From a virus (Duplodnaviria; Caudoviricetes): a stretch of 59,404 bases of DNA. Shown here one piece after another: positions 17,593 to 26,634 of this stretch; the stretch's first letter is position 1; each line of letters opens with the position of its first letter. Under the pieces are notes generated by a model. The model was not told the DNA's origin and did no database searches. It saw nothing but the letters and a program-made list of their open reading frames with translations. A program made the translations under genes and the position numbers. Location: positions 1 through 59,404 of the IMG/VR virus record IMGVR_UViG_3300010048_000011; one strand, written 5' to 3'.

Positions 17593-19155
17593 ATGGTCAA
17601 CACCAAGGCCAACGTTGGATGGCGGTGTCCTACCTGCCACGAGCCCAGCGAGCAGTATTCGTGTACTGCCTGTAGCTGGCGCGCACTGAAGGTAATCATC
17701 GCAGCACGGCTGAGCAAGCTTCAGAAGGGTGGCCGTCAAGGCATCGGCCTGGACACGCAGGAGACACACTCGACCGCGTACTGTGACCGTGAGCGGATGG
17801 AGATCGTTGCGGTTGTCGCCGATACCAAGAGCGGCACCGTGGCCCCATGGGATAGGCCGAACCTCAAACCGTGGGTCACTGATCTGTCGCTAATGGTGAG
17901 GTACGACGCGATTGTGGCTTTCGATAACGATCGCCTTTCGCGTGGTGCATTCGAGGACGAAGCCGAGATCCGTAAGTGGGCTAAGAAGCACAACAAGCGG
18001 CTGATCATCGTGAACGGCCCGCAGTGGCCGCCGCGCCCGAATAGCGCCGACAGCATCCTGTGGGCATTCATGGCCGATAGGGCACACGGCGAGTGGGAAA
18101 AGATTCGTGAGCGCAGTATCCGTGACATCGCCGAGATCCAGGAACGTGGATTTTTTTCCGGCGGCGCCCTTCCGTGGGGCTACACGACTGAAGGCGAGAG
18201 GTACAACAGGGTGCTGCTTCCGGACGAGATCGGCAAGAAGTATGTTCCGGAAATCTTCGCCCGGTGCATCGCCGGAGAATCCTGTGGCCGTATCGCGGAG
18301 TGGCTGGAAAGAGAAGGGCTGGGCCACTGGTACGCGTCGACTGTACGCGGCATTCTACGGAACCCGACCTATTGCGGGCGCTACATGGACAAGAAGCAGA
18401 CGCGTGTCGTCTATCGCTGTGAGCCGCTGGTCAATGCGAGGGTGTACAAGCAGGCAAACGACGCACTCACCAATCGTCGGCGCGGAGGAGGCGTCCGGCG
18501 GCGGCCTGAGCGGTCGATGCTGATCCCGCTGTGCCCGTGCTGTGATTGGGCGGTTGACACAAAAATGCCTGCGTCTCCAATGTATCGCGCGCCGGTCGGC
18601 GACAAGTACGCCTATTACCGGTGCGCGGGACACGGAAAGAAGCGACAGAGCTGTGGCAATTTCGTCAACCTGGCCACCACGGAAAGGCTCGTGGACCAGG
18701 TATTGAGTCAGCTCGACTCGCCGATTTATGAGACTGTCATCATCCCTGGCACGAACCACGAAGCGGAGATTGAAGAGATCAACCGCGACCTTCGGGACCT
18801 GCCGGGGTTGAACCTGCCAGAGAACGAGGAGGATGAGCAGAGGGCAACGCTGCGGGCCGAGAAAAAGCGCCTCATGGCCCTCACGCCGACGCCGGACCGC
18901 GTAGAGCTGGTGGATACTGGAGAGACCTACGGCGACATGTGGCAGGGGCTGGCGGACCACGAGCGTCGCGACTGGGTGGCCGCGAGGGGTATCAAGGTGT
19001 ACGCGGCCCAGACGAAGCGAGGTGTCGTGGAAGCCGCGTATCCGCAACTGCGGCTGAACGCGATGGGCGCGGCGACGATGGTCGAGGGCGACGGCGTGAG
19101 TGTCGTCGTGACATGGGCGGGTGCGGGGATCGATCACGCGGAGCAGGCTGCGTGA
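17593..19155 (+). CDS. int: Large serine recombinase (integrase)
   Basis: 'AARLSK' catalytic Ser, 'DRLSR', 'PWGY', 'ILRNPTYCG', Zn-ribbon 'YYRC', coiled coil. Confidence 0.92.
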   Translation: MVNTKANVGWRCPTCHEPSEQYSCTACSWRALKVIIAARLSKLQKGGRQGIGLDTQETHSTAYCDRERMEIVAVVADTKSGTVAPWDRPNLKPWVTDLSLMVRYDAIVAFDNDRLSRGAFEDEAEIRKWAKKHNKRLIIVNGPQWPPRPNSADSILWAFMADRAHGEWEKIRERSIRDIAEIQERGFFSGGALPWGYTTEGERYNRVLLPDEIGKKYVPEIFARCIAGESCGRIAEWLEREGLGHWYASTVRGILRNPTYCGRYMDKKQTRVVYRCEPLVNARVYKQANDALTNRRRGGGVRRRPERSMLIPLCPCCDWAVDTKMPASPMYRAPVGDKYAYYRCAGHGKKRQSCGNFVNLATTERLVDQVLSQLDSPIYETVIIPGTNHEAEIEEINRDLRDLPGLNLPENEEDEQRATLRAEKKRLMALTPTPDRVELVDTGETYGDMWQGLADHERRDWVAARGIKVYAAQTKRGVVEAAYPQLRLNAMGAATMVEGDGVSVVVTWAGAGIDHAEQAA

Positions 19156-19198
19156 TATAGTCCGCGCCTCCCTGGCGGCACGACTGTCGCGAGTGGAC

Positions 19199-19243
19199 AA
19201 AAAAGAGACAGCCCCCGACGGGTCTTACGTCGGGGGCTGTCTC
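19199..19243. terminator. Terminator (T-run on the minus strand)
   Basis: AAAAAAGAGACAGCCCCCGACG...CGTCGGGGGCTGTCTC. Confidence 0.8.
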
Positions 19244-19258
19244 CGTCGGATGGTGGTG

Positions 19259-19561
19259 TTACTTACCGGAACGAGGTTCGTCCGTCTCGCTCATTCGATT
19301 GAGGATCTGGCGGAAGATCCGACGCGAGTCCACGTTGACCGTATGTGCGGTGAGGAAGTCCTTGTGATAGTCAACGACCCTGACACCAAGTGCCCGGATC
19401 TCTTGACGTGCAGCCAGCAGGTTGTCGTTGATCTCCATGAGCTTCAGATCACTGACACGCCACTTGACTTCTGTGTACACCCACGATCCTGGCGCGTAGA
19501 CCAGTAGCAGGATGGCTACCATGATGACGATTGCTGTGAGCATGGTCGCCATGATCGTCAC
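19259..19561 (-). CDS. Membrane-anchored hypothetical protein
   Basis: N-terminal TM; GTGA overlap with the upstream gene. Confidence 0.55.
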   Translation of the reverse strand: MTIMATMLTAIVIMVAILLLVYAPGSWVYTEVKWRVSDLKLMEINDNLLAARQEIRALGVRVVDYHKDFLTAHTVNVDSRRIFRQILNRMSETDEPRSGK

Positions 19562-20007
19562 TCACGTGGAGTAGCGCTACTCGCGTCCGGGTGATCCCCA
19601 GTCGTGTCCGATGTGACACTGGTCACACGACGTTGCCGCACCGCGTTGACGAAAGTTTCGACGTCGGCCAGCTCATCCGGCGTGAGATCGTCGGACATTG
19701 CTTTCAACCATTCGCGACGCGCCTCTTCCAGTCGGCCCACCGCTTCGGCCAGCTCGTCAATGGGCGGCTCATGCTCGTCCGGCACCAGCACGTAGCGACC
19801 CTCGCGGATCGCCTTGATTCTCCCCGGCGGCAGGGCAAGAGCCTCCTCTAGCAGGCGCTCCGTCTCCGGTGTGGACGGTCTCATGCTGCGCAAATCGCGC
19901 AAGCACTGCGCCGAACGGCCAATACTCTCCGCGACGTCCTTCCACAGTGGCACAGGAGTCAACGCCTGTCGCGCCTGCTCCAGCACTCTGTCCAGGTCAG
20001 TGCGCAC
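19558..20007 (-). CDS. Putative immunity repressor (HTH-like)
   Basis: 'WKDVAESIGRSAQCLRDLR..LEEALALPPG' resembles actinophage XRE-like repressors; divergent from a cro-like gene; next to int. Confidence 0.6.
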   Translation of the reverse strand: MRTDLDRVLEQARQALTPVPLWKDVAESIGRSAQCLRDLRSMRPSTPETERLLEEALALPPGRIKAIREGRYVLVPDEHEPPIDELAEAVGRLEEARREWLKAMSDDLTPDELADVETFVNAVRQRRVTSVTSDTTGDHPDASSATPRE

Positions 20008-20040
20008 CAGGACGGTACCTCCTTCCGCACTGACGGAACG

Positions 20041-20135
20041 CTAGCACAAGTAAAGCAAAGTGGAACCAAAACCGCAGGCTGGAACCACTGTGTTTGCAAA
20101 AGCACTTTGCTTCACTTGGTTGCACTTTGCTTCGG
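20041..20135. promoter_or_regulatory. Divergent immunity control region with operator repeats
   Basis: GCACTTTGCTTC at 20102 and 20122, inverted copy AAGCAAAGTG at ~20053, TGGAACCA at 20061 and 20080. Confidence 0.6.
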
Positions 20136-20192
20136 CGGCGCATACCGTCCTGGTGCATGGCGAGGGGGCAGGACGCAGGGGACGGGCAGGAC

Positions 20193-20456
20193 ATGTGGGA
20201 CAAGCAGGTCGTTCGCAAGAAGCTGGGGCCCACGGTCTTGTATCTGCGCCGCGAACGACGACTGTCACAACGGGACTTCGCTGGCCTGTGCTTGGACAAA
20301 GGTGAGCCGATCACGCACTCCTGTCTCGGGAAGATCGAGAGTCAACAGACAACACACCCGAACGACAAGACTTTGCACGCTATCGCGACTGGGTTCGGCA
20401 TGGGCTTCCACGAATTTCTCAGGTATGTCCACGATTTCGTGCCCGAAGCCAAGTAG
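20193..20456 (+). CDS. XRE-family HTH regulator (Cro-like)
   Basis: 'LRRERRLSQRDFA..LGKIES..P..KTLHAIA'. Confidence 0.85.
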   Translation: MWDKQVVRKKLGPTVLYLRRERRLSQRDFAGLCLDKGEPITHSCLGKIESQQTTHPNDKTLHAIATGFGMGFHEFLRYVHDFVPEAK

Positions 20457-20594
20457 CTCCCCGTCGGTTGGCCGTGACCTTGACCGGCCAACCGACGGGT
20501 GAACCACCTCTCAGCAACAACCCCATAGTACTTTGACAACAATAAATATAGAGATCGTCTCGATACGCGATGGACCTGGAAATGTCCTTGGGTC

Positions 20595-20817
20595 AGTCGT
20601 AAGCACGTCCGGGAAACCGCATACGTCTGGGCAGGCGTATGGCGGCAGACTAGCTGATGGCGAAAACCGGATAGGGAACGGGAGACGGCGCCGGGCGACC
20701 GGTACGACACATCGGACACACAGACTCAGCGTCCTCACGAGACGCTGAAGGTGCCTCCCGGTGCTGGCTGTCAAACGTAACCAGCGGCAGACGTTCCCCG
20801 TCGGCACTGGGAGGTAC
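20595..20817 (+). ncRNA. Candidate structured leader/small RNA
   Basis: Several hairpins, including an 18-bp stem (20751-68/20800-17) with four G-U pairs on the + strand. Confidence 0.4.
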
Positions 20818-20840
20818 AGTAATGCGAGAGGTGGATGTGA

Positions 20841-21446
20841 ATGAGTAATGCAGAAGGCAACAAGCTAGCCAAGATGCTGAAAAAGCTGGGCTGGGATGTG
20901 ATGTTCAGCAATGCGACCTGTGAATGGCGCGCGACGCATCCCGACGCGGTGACGGTGAATGACAAAGACGAACCCGTGCCTGTTGTTCTCCATTGGGCGA
21001 AATCTGTCCGCGTACAACGCGTGCTGGACCAAGCGGCTTCGGCCCTCGGTCTGCCTCCTCCGTCCGGCACCTCACACGGTGCCCAGCGGAAGGAACGGCA
21101 AGCCCGTGAGCGTCAGCGTGTCCACAAGCAACAGATGGACCAAGAACAGGCGCGGGACAAGGCGTTCGCTGATCTGTTGGTGATCGCCGAGACCGAGCGG
21201 CCGGACAGCGCGCTTGTCAACAAAAAGGTTCGCGCACGGTTCGACGATCTCAGTCTGTCGTCGACATACTCAGCAGTGCGGAAAGCCCAGCAGCAGGGCA
21301 TTACCGGCCGCAGTTTACAGGCGGCATTAGTGCATCCTGTCGGCGTGTTCGAGGGGTACAACGGCTGCGTGAAGTATGTCGGCACCGACTGCACTGTGAT
21401 CGTCAGCGAGTTGGGCTACATCGTGGGAGTAAACAAAATCAACTAG
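20841..21446 (+). CDS. Hypothetical protein, HicA-like N-terminus and DUF4258-like C-terminus
   Basis: 'KLAKMLKKLGW..' and 'AVRKAQQQGIT..AALVHP..TVIV..IVGV' resemblance only. Confidence 0.45.
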   Translation: MSNAEGNKLAKMLKKLGWDVMFSNATCEWRATHPDAVTVNDKDEPVPVVLHWAKSVRVQRVLDQAASALGLPPPSGTSHGAQRKERQARERQRVHKQQMDQEQARDKAFADLLVIAETERPDSALVNKKVRARFDDLSLSSTYSAVRKAQQQGITGRSLQAALVHPVGVFEGYNGCVKYVGTDCTVIVSELGYIVGVNKIN

Positions 21447-21454
21447 GGGGTTTG

Positions 21455-21805
21455 ATGGCCCCAGATCGTTTCGACCTCTACGAGGAAATAACAGAAGCAC
21501 CACCACCACATATCACTGCTGCTCGTCGGGCGGTTGAGCGCGCGATCAGTGACCCTGATGAGTGCCACGAAATCCTTATGATGCTGGGCATCGAGCCTGC
21601 TGATTTCGTGTGGATGACGCTCCCAGGACGGCGCGGTGATATCTATCGGACAAAACTGGACCTTGAGGGTCACCCATACGACGCAGGGGACATTCATGTC
21701 TCAACCGCAGAATCTCGCGGCAGCGTTCAGTGCGCTGCTCAACCAGACGATCAAGCGTCACCACCCGGCCTACACTCCATCGCCGCAGATCTATGCGCTG
21801 AGTAA
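21455..21805 (+). CDS. Hypothetical protein
   Basis: AGGGGG RBS and ATG; 3' end overlaps the next gene. Confidence 0.45.
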   Translation: MAPDRFDLYEEITEAPPPHITAARRAVERAISDPDECHEILMMLGIEPADFVWMTLPGRRGDIYRTKLDLEGHPYDAGDIHVSTAESRGSVQCAAQPDDQASPPGLHSIAADLCAE

Positions 21806-22697
21806 ACCGGAACCACCGGAGCCAGAACCAGAGCCTGAGTTGTATGTCGGCCTGGAAATGCGGGGCTATCGCAGCTTTATTGCCGATTGGGACGGCACGG
21901 TGCCTATCCTGCGCCCTGTCCATCGTGGACGGTTGACGCCATGGGTCCCAGGAGAGAACACAGCAGTGTGTTACGGCGGCAGCGGCTACACACCTGATGT
22001 AAAGGCAGACTTCCACGGCGACCCTATCCCGAACCCACGCTGTTCATGCGGCTTCTGGGCGTACATGGACGCTGACGGACCGGCACATGACGTGGCTCAA
22101 CACCTGGTCGCCTACCCGTACGCGTCGACGCTGGTCACTGGCGTCATTCACGCACGCGGGCGCACCCAACAGGTGGAACTTGGATTTCGTAGTGCACGTG
22201 CTGAAATCGCGGCCCTAGCGCCACCGCGTTCGGTAGCGCCCGAGTTGCTCAAGCTCATGAGTCCGACCGAGACGGAACGGCTCAGGCTCTATCGTGAATT
22301 GAACCGGTACAACCACTCCGGACTGTGCCCCTGCTTGTCCTGCAAAGCAGAGCGTGGTGACCCGCCCGCGCCGGATCTGGCGACATTAGCGGAACGGTAC
22401 GGGGTGCCTTTCTTCAGCAGTTATACCGACATGACAGTCGCCTGGCCCGCGACGCACCAGTCCAGGTTTCTTACTGACCCGTATTTTGCTCCCCAGTACA
22501 TCCCGGGCCGTCTTAATGATCTGTCCACATCAGAACAGGTCGCGGAAGCGGGGCGAGAGGTCGTCAGGTTCTACGAGAACAACCTTCGGACGCGCAAAGG
22601 ACGGTGGCCGGTACAGCCGGATTTCACCGGATCGTCGGGCACGGTGGTTGCCAAGTGGTGGAACTGGTCACTGACGAAGTCCACGAGCGATATCTAG
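21696..22697 (+). CDS. Conserved actinophage hypothetical protein
   Basis: 'GYRSF..AVC..H..P..CSCGFWA..GFRSARA' motif set. Confidence 0.7.
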   Translation: MSQPQNLAAAFSALLNQTIKRHHPAYTPSPQIYALSKPEPPEPEPEPELYVGLEMRGYRSFIADWDGTVPILRPVHRGRLTPWVPGENTAVCYGGSGYTPDVKADFHGDPIPNPRCSCGFWAYMDADGPAHDVAQHLVAYPYASTLVTGVIHARGRTQQVELGFRSARAEIAALAPPRSVAPELLKLMSPTETERLRLYRELNRYNHSGLCPCLSCKAERGDPPAPDLATLAERYGVPFFSSYTDMTVAWPATHQSRFLTDPYFAPQYIPGRLNDLSTSEQVAEAGREVVRFYENNLRTRKGRWPVQPDFTGSSGTVVAKWWNWSLTKSTSDI

Positions 22698-22706
22698 GGA
22701 GAACCC

Positions 22707-22859
22707 ATGGCACAGATTGGTGCACCGGTCGGGCCACCAATCCATATTGAACCAGCACCCATTCCGGAGCAGGCACCCGTACGCGAGCCTTCGCCGGTGA
22801 TCATGCCTCCGGCCGAGACGCCGTCGCCGGAGCGCGAACCTGAATTGGTCCCTGCATAG
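22707..22859 (+). CDS. 50-aa Pro/Glu-rich peptide
   Basis: GGGAG RBS and ATG; MAQIGAPVGPPIHIEP...EREPELVPA. Confidence 0.65.
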   Translation: MAQIGAPVGPPIHIEPAPIPEQAPVREPSPVIMPPAETPSPEREPELVPA

Positions 22860-22866
22860 GAGGATT

Positions 22867-23157
22867 CTGAGCGAACGACTAGACCAGCTTCTGACGCAGT
22901 ATGGCACCCTGAAGCCACGAGCGGATGAACTCGCCGAAGAACTGAAGGCGCTCACCGACGCAATCAAGCTAGAACTCACGCTGGAGAATCCCGGCGAAAC
23001 GAAAATCGCTGTCCGGCACCCAGCGCTGAGTAACCCTATGCGGCTGCAATACGTCCGGCAGATGCGTGTCGACACCAAACGACTACGCGAGGAAGCTCCC
23101 GAGTTGTACGACGAGTATGCCCGCGAAATCGCGTGGTGGGAACTGCGTCCCGAATAG
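22867..23157 (+). CDS. 96-aa hypothetical protein with CTG start (absent from the ORF track)
   Basis: AGGAGG-ATT-CTG; MSERLDQLL...VDTKRLREEAPELYDEY; fills the gap exactly. Confidence 0.75.
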   Translation: MSERLDQLLTQYGTLKPRADELAEELKALTDAIKLELTLENPGETKIAVRHPALSNPMRLQYVRQMRVDTKRLREEAPELYDEYAREIAWWELRPE

Positions 23158-23166
23158 GAGGACGAT

Positions 23167-23610
23167 ATGCCAATCAACGTACCGCTGTTGCGCAAGGAAC
23201 TCGAATTCCTGACGGCGCATCCGGAACAGCACAAGCAGTCGTGGTGGCTGGAGTGGCGGGACGCCGTGCTTAATGAGACGATCGAGTGTGGCACCAAGGG
23301 CTGTCTTGCGGGTAATGCACTGCTACACGCGGGTCGGCTTCGTGGGCACACTCACGTCTACTGGACCGGATCAGGCTACGAGTCCGACGGTACTAACTAC
23401 TGGCCGGACGGGGAGGACTACGCCAGTTACGCGGAGCACTCGGCCCTAAGTTGGACCAGGGCAGGCGCCGCCCTCTTTGGACTGACGTACACTCAGGCGG
23501 ACAAAGTGTTCTACCAGAACAACACGCTCCCCGATCTCTGGCGACTGGCCAACAAATTCACGAACGGCGAGATCGAGATTCCGCCGGAGGTTTCTGACAA
23601 CACCGGATGA
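23167..23610 (+). CDS. Hypothetical protein
   Basis: AGGAGG RBS; 'Q..W..CGTKGCLAG' motif. Confidence 0.7.
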   Translation: MPINVPLLRKELEFLTAHPEQHKQSWWLEWRDAVLNETIECGTKGCLAGNALLHAGRLRGHTHVYWTGSGYESDGTNYWPDGEDYASYAEHSALSWTRAGAALFGLTYTQADKVFYQNNTLPDLWRLANKFTNGEIEIPPEVSDNTG

Positions 23611-23614
23611 ATTC

Positions 23615-24415
23615 ATGGCGGCTGCGCCCGCTCCGCTGAATGGAAGTTCAGCGTGGGCCAGCCGGTACGCGACAGAGCTACGTGGCATCATCACGCAGCA
23701 CGCGTCACGCGCTCCACGTAGTGTCCAGCAGTTTCTCGGACCGAGCGAATTGGGCTCTGCGTGTGATCGGCAGGTCGCCGGGAAGATGGCCGGGTCGTCA
23801 CACACTAATCACATTTCGGACCCATGGCCATCGATCGTCGGCACTGCTATTCACGCCTGGCTAGCGGATTGTTTCGCGGGAGACAATCAGCGGACAGGCA
23901 TTTTGCGTTGGATTGCTGAGCAGCGCGTAACTCCTCACCCTGACCATCCAGGCACGGCGGATCTATACGACGCCCATGAAAGGGCGGTCGTCGATCACAA
24001 ATGCCTCGGGACGACTACTATGAGTAAATTGCGCGCTCACGGTCCCTCGCGAAAATATCTGATACAGCTCTTGCTCTACGGTCACGGTTACCGGCAGCTC
24101 GGATTGCCGGTGGACCGGGTTGTGCTGGCGGCCTACCCACGGACAGCGTCCACACTGGACGGCATGTACGTGTGGGACCGGCCGCACACAGCCGAGGACG
24201 ATCTCATCGTCGATGCGGTGCTGGCACAGACAAAGATCCGTTACCAGTACGCGACTGCGCTACGGGAACGCCAGATCAGGCTCTTGGATATTCCTGCCAG
24301 CCCTAGCGATGACGAATGTTTCTACTGTCCTTTCTACCGGCCAGAAGCCGATGGGCGCACCGATGGGTGTCCTGGCACGGTAGGAAACCGCACTATACTA
24401 GGGAAAGCAGCGTGA
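23615..24415 (+). CDS. Cas4-like PD-(D/E)XK exonuclease
   Basis: 'GPSELGSAC', 'GTAIH', 'GTADL..VVDHK', 'Q..LYG', 'CFYCPF..CPG'. Confidence 0.85.
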   Translation: MAAAPAPLNGSSAWASRYATELRGIITQHASRAPRSVQQFLGPSELGSACDRQVAGKMAGSSHTNHISDPWPSIVGTAIHAWLADCFAGDNQRTGILRWIAEQRVTPHPDHPGTADLYDAHERAVVDHKCLGTTTMSKLRAHGPSRKYLIQLLLYGHGYRQLGLPVDRVVLAAYPRTASTLDGMYVWDRPHTAEDDLIVDAVLAQTKIRYQYATALRERQIRLLDIPASPSDDECFYCPFYRPEADGRTDGCPGTVGNRTILGKAA

Positions 24416-24666
24416 GTCTTGAGCGGGAACTACACGACAAGCTAGACGATCTCGAAAACACGGCATTCGACACGAAGGGGCAGGCTGTTCGTCTCGGCGA
24501 CATCTTCCCTGAGGTGACGGCAGGGATGCGGGCAGTACTCAGGATGCACTACGACAACCACGGAGAATGTGCTGTGTGCCGCGACGACGACGGAGACAGC
24601 TTCATGTATCCGTGTCCAACGGTATATACGCTGTCCGACAATTTACAGGTAATCACAAGGAACTGA
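24412..24666 (+). CDS. Hypothetical protein (CxxC)
   Basis: GTGA overlap; 'H....C..C....YPCPT'. Confidence 0.6.
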   Translation: MSLERELHDKLDDLENTAFDTKGQAVRLGDIFPEVTAGMRAVLRMHYDNHGECAVCRDDDGDSFMYPCPTVYTLSDNLQVITRN

Positions 24667-24670
24667 TGAA

Positions 24671-24907
24671 GTGCCGAACAAACGCGAGTTGCGATGTCAT
24701 CTCTGCTTGGAACCTCTGATCGAGCCGAAAGATTGGCTTCATTGGAACGAGTTCAGCGACCGTGCACAGGCGGGCGATCCGCGCGTGGACATCGACATCA
24801 ACCTCGCGTACTCGAAGGCCATCGTACTGGCCAACCGAGTCCACTTCATCACGAAGCATCCGAGCTACCACGCATACGATCTGTTCACGTCAAACACAGA
24901 GAGATAG
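24671..24907 (+). CDS. Hypothetical protein
   Basis: Packed in the operon. Confidence 0.5.
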   Translation: MPNKRELRCHLCLEPLIEPKDWLHWNEFSDRAQAGDPRVDIDINLAYSKAIVLANRVHFITKHPSYHAYDLFTSNTER

Positions 24908-24914
24908 GGATTTT

Positions 24915-25631
24915 ATACAGCCATTCGATCCTCAGTATTTCCAGCAGCAGCCATCGAACTACGCCCAGGGCTACAACCCCGTATACCAGCAGCAGATTCC
25001 CCAGCAGCGGCAAGCGGAACCAGTGGTGCTGGCGACGGGTTCTCTGGATGAGTTCTTTGCGGCACCGTCGGTTGGTGGTGGCCCATCGTGGTCTTTCAAG
25101 GGGCGCGACATCGGCACCACATTTTCCGGCGTCGTCGCACGGCCTGTCACCAATGCCGACATCCAGCAGCAGACCACTCCTGGTTCGAACCAGCCCGCGA
25201 CTTACAGGGATGGGCGGCCGAAGTTCGTCATGCGAGTTCCGCTGCGGGTCAACCCAGACCAGTCCTTTCCGGACGGTGAGGCAACCTGGTACGTCACGGG
25301 GCAGTCTCGTGACGAACTCGTGCGGGCGATGGCTGAGGCAGGTGCCCCGGCCGGTGCTCCGGAAGCGGGCGCCGCAATCACGGTGACGCTCGTGGCGCGT
25401 CGGCCGTCTCGAACCCCCGGATTCAACCCCAGTAACCAAGTAAGCGTTCGCTATGTGCGCCCCCAAGGAGCAGTAGAGCCTGTGGCGACAGGACAGTCCA
25501 CTCCTGGTGGCACGCCTACGTCCGAGCCAGCTCCGGCGGCCCCGGCGGTGACGACTCCAGCACCCCCGGCGGATCTGACGCCGCAGCAGCAAGCGATTCT
25601 CGCTGGGCTCACGGGACAGGCAGCGCACTAG
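24915..25631 (+). CDS. Putative ssDNA-binding protein (start uncertain; ATA candidate)
   Basis: Gln-rich N-terminus, beta-rich core, Pro/Ala tail; follows the exonuclease. Confidence 0.55.
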   Translation: MQPFDPQYFQQQPSNYAQGYNPVYQQQIPQQRQAEPVVLATGSLDEFFAAPSVGGGPSWSFKGRDIGTTFSGVVARPVTNADIQQQTTPGSNQPATYRDGRPKFVMRVPLRVNPDQSFPDGEATWYVTGQSRDELVRAMAEAGAPAGAPEAGAAITVTLVARRPSRTPGFNPSNQVSVRYVRPQGAVEPVATGQSTPGGTPTSEPAPAAPAVTTPAPPADLTPQQQAILAGLTGQAAH

Positions 25632-25696
25632 TGAATGATGCAGGGAGCTGTCCTTATTGGACGGCTTAAACGTCGCAAGACATCCCTGCAATTAAA

Positions 25697-25741
25697 CGGG
25701 GCCGCCGTCTCATCACCGGGCAGTGTGAGACGGCGGCCCCG
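25697..25741. terminator. Hairpin between convergent genes
   Basis: CGGGGCCGCCGTCTCA...TGAGACGGCGGCCCCG. Confidence 0.7.
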
Positions 25742-25743
25742 AC

Positions 25744-25938
25744 CTACATGCACTTCTCGTTGTCCTGCATGGTCTGAAACGCCTTCCGTGAGATATGCTG
25801 GACAGACCACGGCAGTACATCCATGAACGTCCAGTCACCTACTTCGTGGTCCTGACCCCACTGCCGTGCGGCCTCCTCGGATGCAACGTCATCCTCGGTC
25901 AAATAGACCTGGTACGGCTCTTGCTCTGGGTGCTTCAT
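25744..25938 (-). CDS. Small hypothetical protein
   Basis: MKHPEQEPYQVYL...; ends at the terminator. Confidence 0.45.
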   Translation of the reverse strand: MKHPEQEPYQVYLTEDDVASEEAARQWGQDHEVGDWTFMDVLPWSVQHISRKAFQTMQDNEKCM

Positions 25939-26023
25939 CAGTACGTAGTAGACCGGCACGCCTGTCCTCCGGAGGTTGGTGCACAAAAGACTTCGCAATC
26001 GACTACTGCCGACGCGCACGCGG

Positions 26024-26344
26024 CTATCTCTCCTGGTTGGGACGGGAAGTCCACGCCGGACAGTCCTCGTTGCACATTCGGCCGTTCTTGTGCCGGTGCG
26101 CGACGACAAGATACCCATGACACAGCGGGGTGCACCGTCCGTCTGGGCCGTGCACGTGCTGTTCGTATTGCGTGCGTGGGCCACCGGCGACCAGATAGAC
26201 AGCATCTCCGACCTGAACCGGTTTTCCCGACGTCCACATGCGACGCTCGTCCAAGCGCCCCATATAGCGGTTGAACCAACTCCATCCGAACAAAAGCAGG
26301 GCTACAAACAGAATGTTCGTGACGTCGATCAGCCAGATAGGCAC
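26024..26344 (-). CDS. Membrane-anchored Cys/His-rich protein
   Basis: GAGGA RBS; N-terminal TM. Confidence 0.5.
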   Translation of the reverse strand: MPIWLIDVTNILFVALLLFGWSWFNRYMGRLDERRMWTSGKPVQVGDAVYLVAGGPRTQYEQHVHGPDGRCTPLCHGYLVVAHRHKNGRMCNEDCPAWTSRPNQER

Positions 26345-26347
26345 AAC

Positions 26348-26608
26348 CTAGTCCTCGTCGGACATGGCGGCTGCGGCGGCGACAACGCCGTCGGGAATGT
26401 CGCCGGTTTTCGCGTTGTGCCTGAGCAGATCCAGCACCTCCGTAGTTTGATCGGCAGGAATCTTGGCGACAGCGAAGCGCTTGGTGGGGCTGGACTCGTC
26501 ACCGTGCAACAGCCAGTGGGTGATACGGCAGCCCGCGAGAAAGCCACCGGCCAAGCAGACAGCGGCCGTGACAGCGATGGCCAGGGCATCAACGATCTTG
26601 TGCTTCAT
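26348..26608 (-). CDS. Membrane-anchored hypothetical protein
   Basis: GGGA RBS and ATG; N-terminal TM. Confidence 0.5.
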   Translation of the reverse strand: MKHKIVDALAIAVTAAVCLAGGFLAGCRITHWLLHGDESSPTKRFAVAKIPADQTTEVLDLLRHNAKTGDIPDGVVAAAAAMSDED

Positions 26609-26634
26609 ACATTTCCCGTCGGTTGGCAGTCGAC

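Noticed and set aside
23615-24415. Cas4 as evidence of a CRISPR system
   Set aside because: Stand-alone Cas4-like exonucleases are common in actinophage recombination modules
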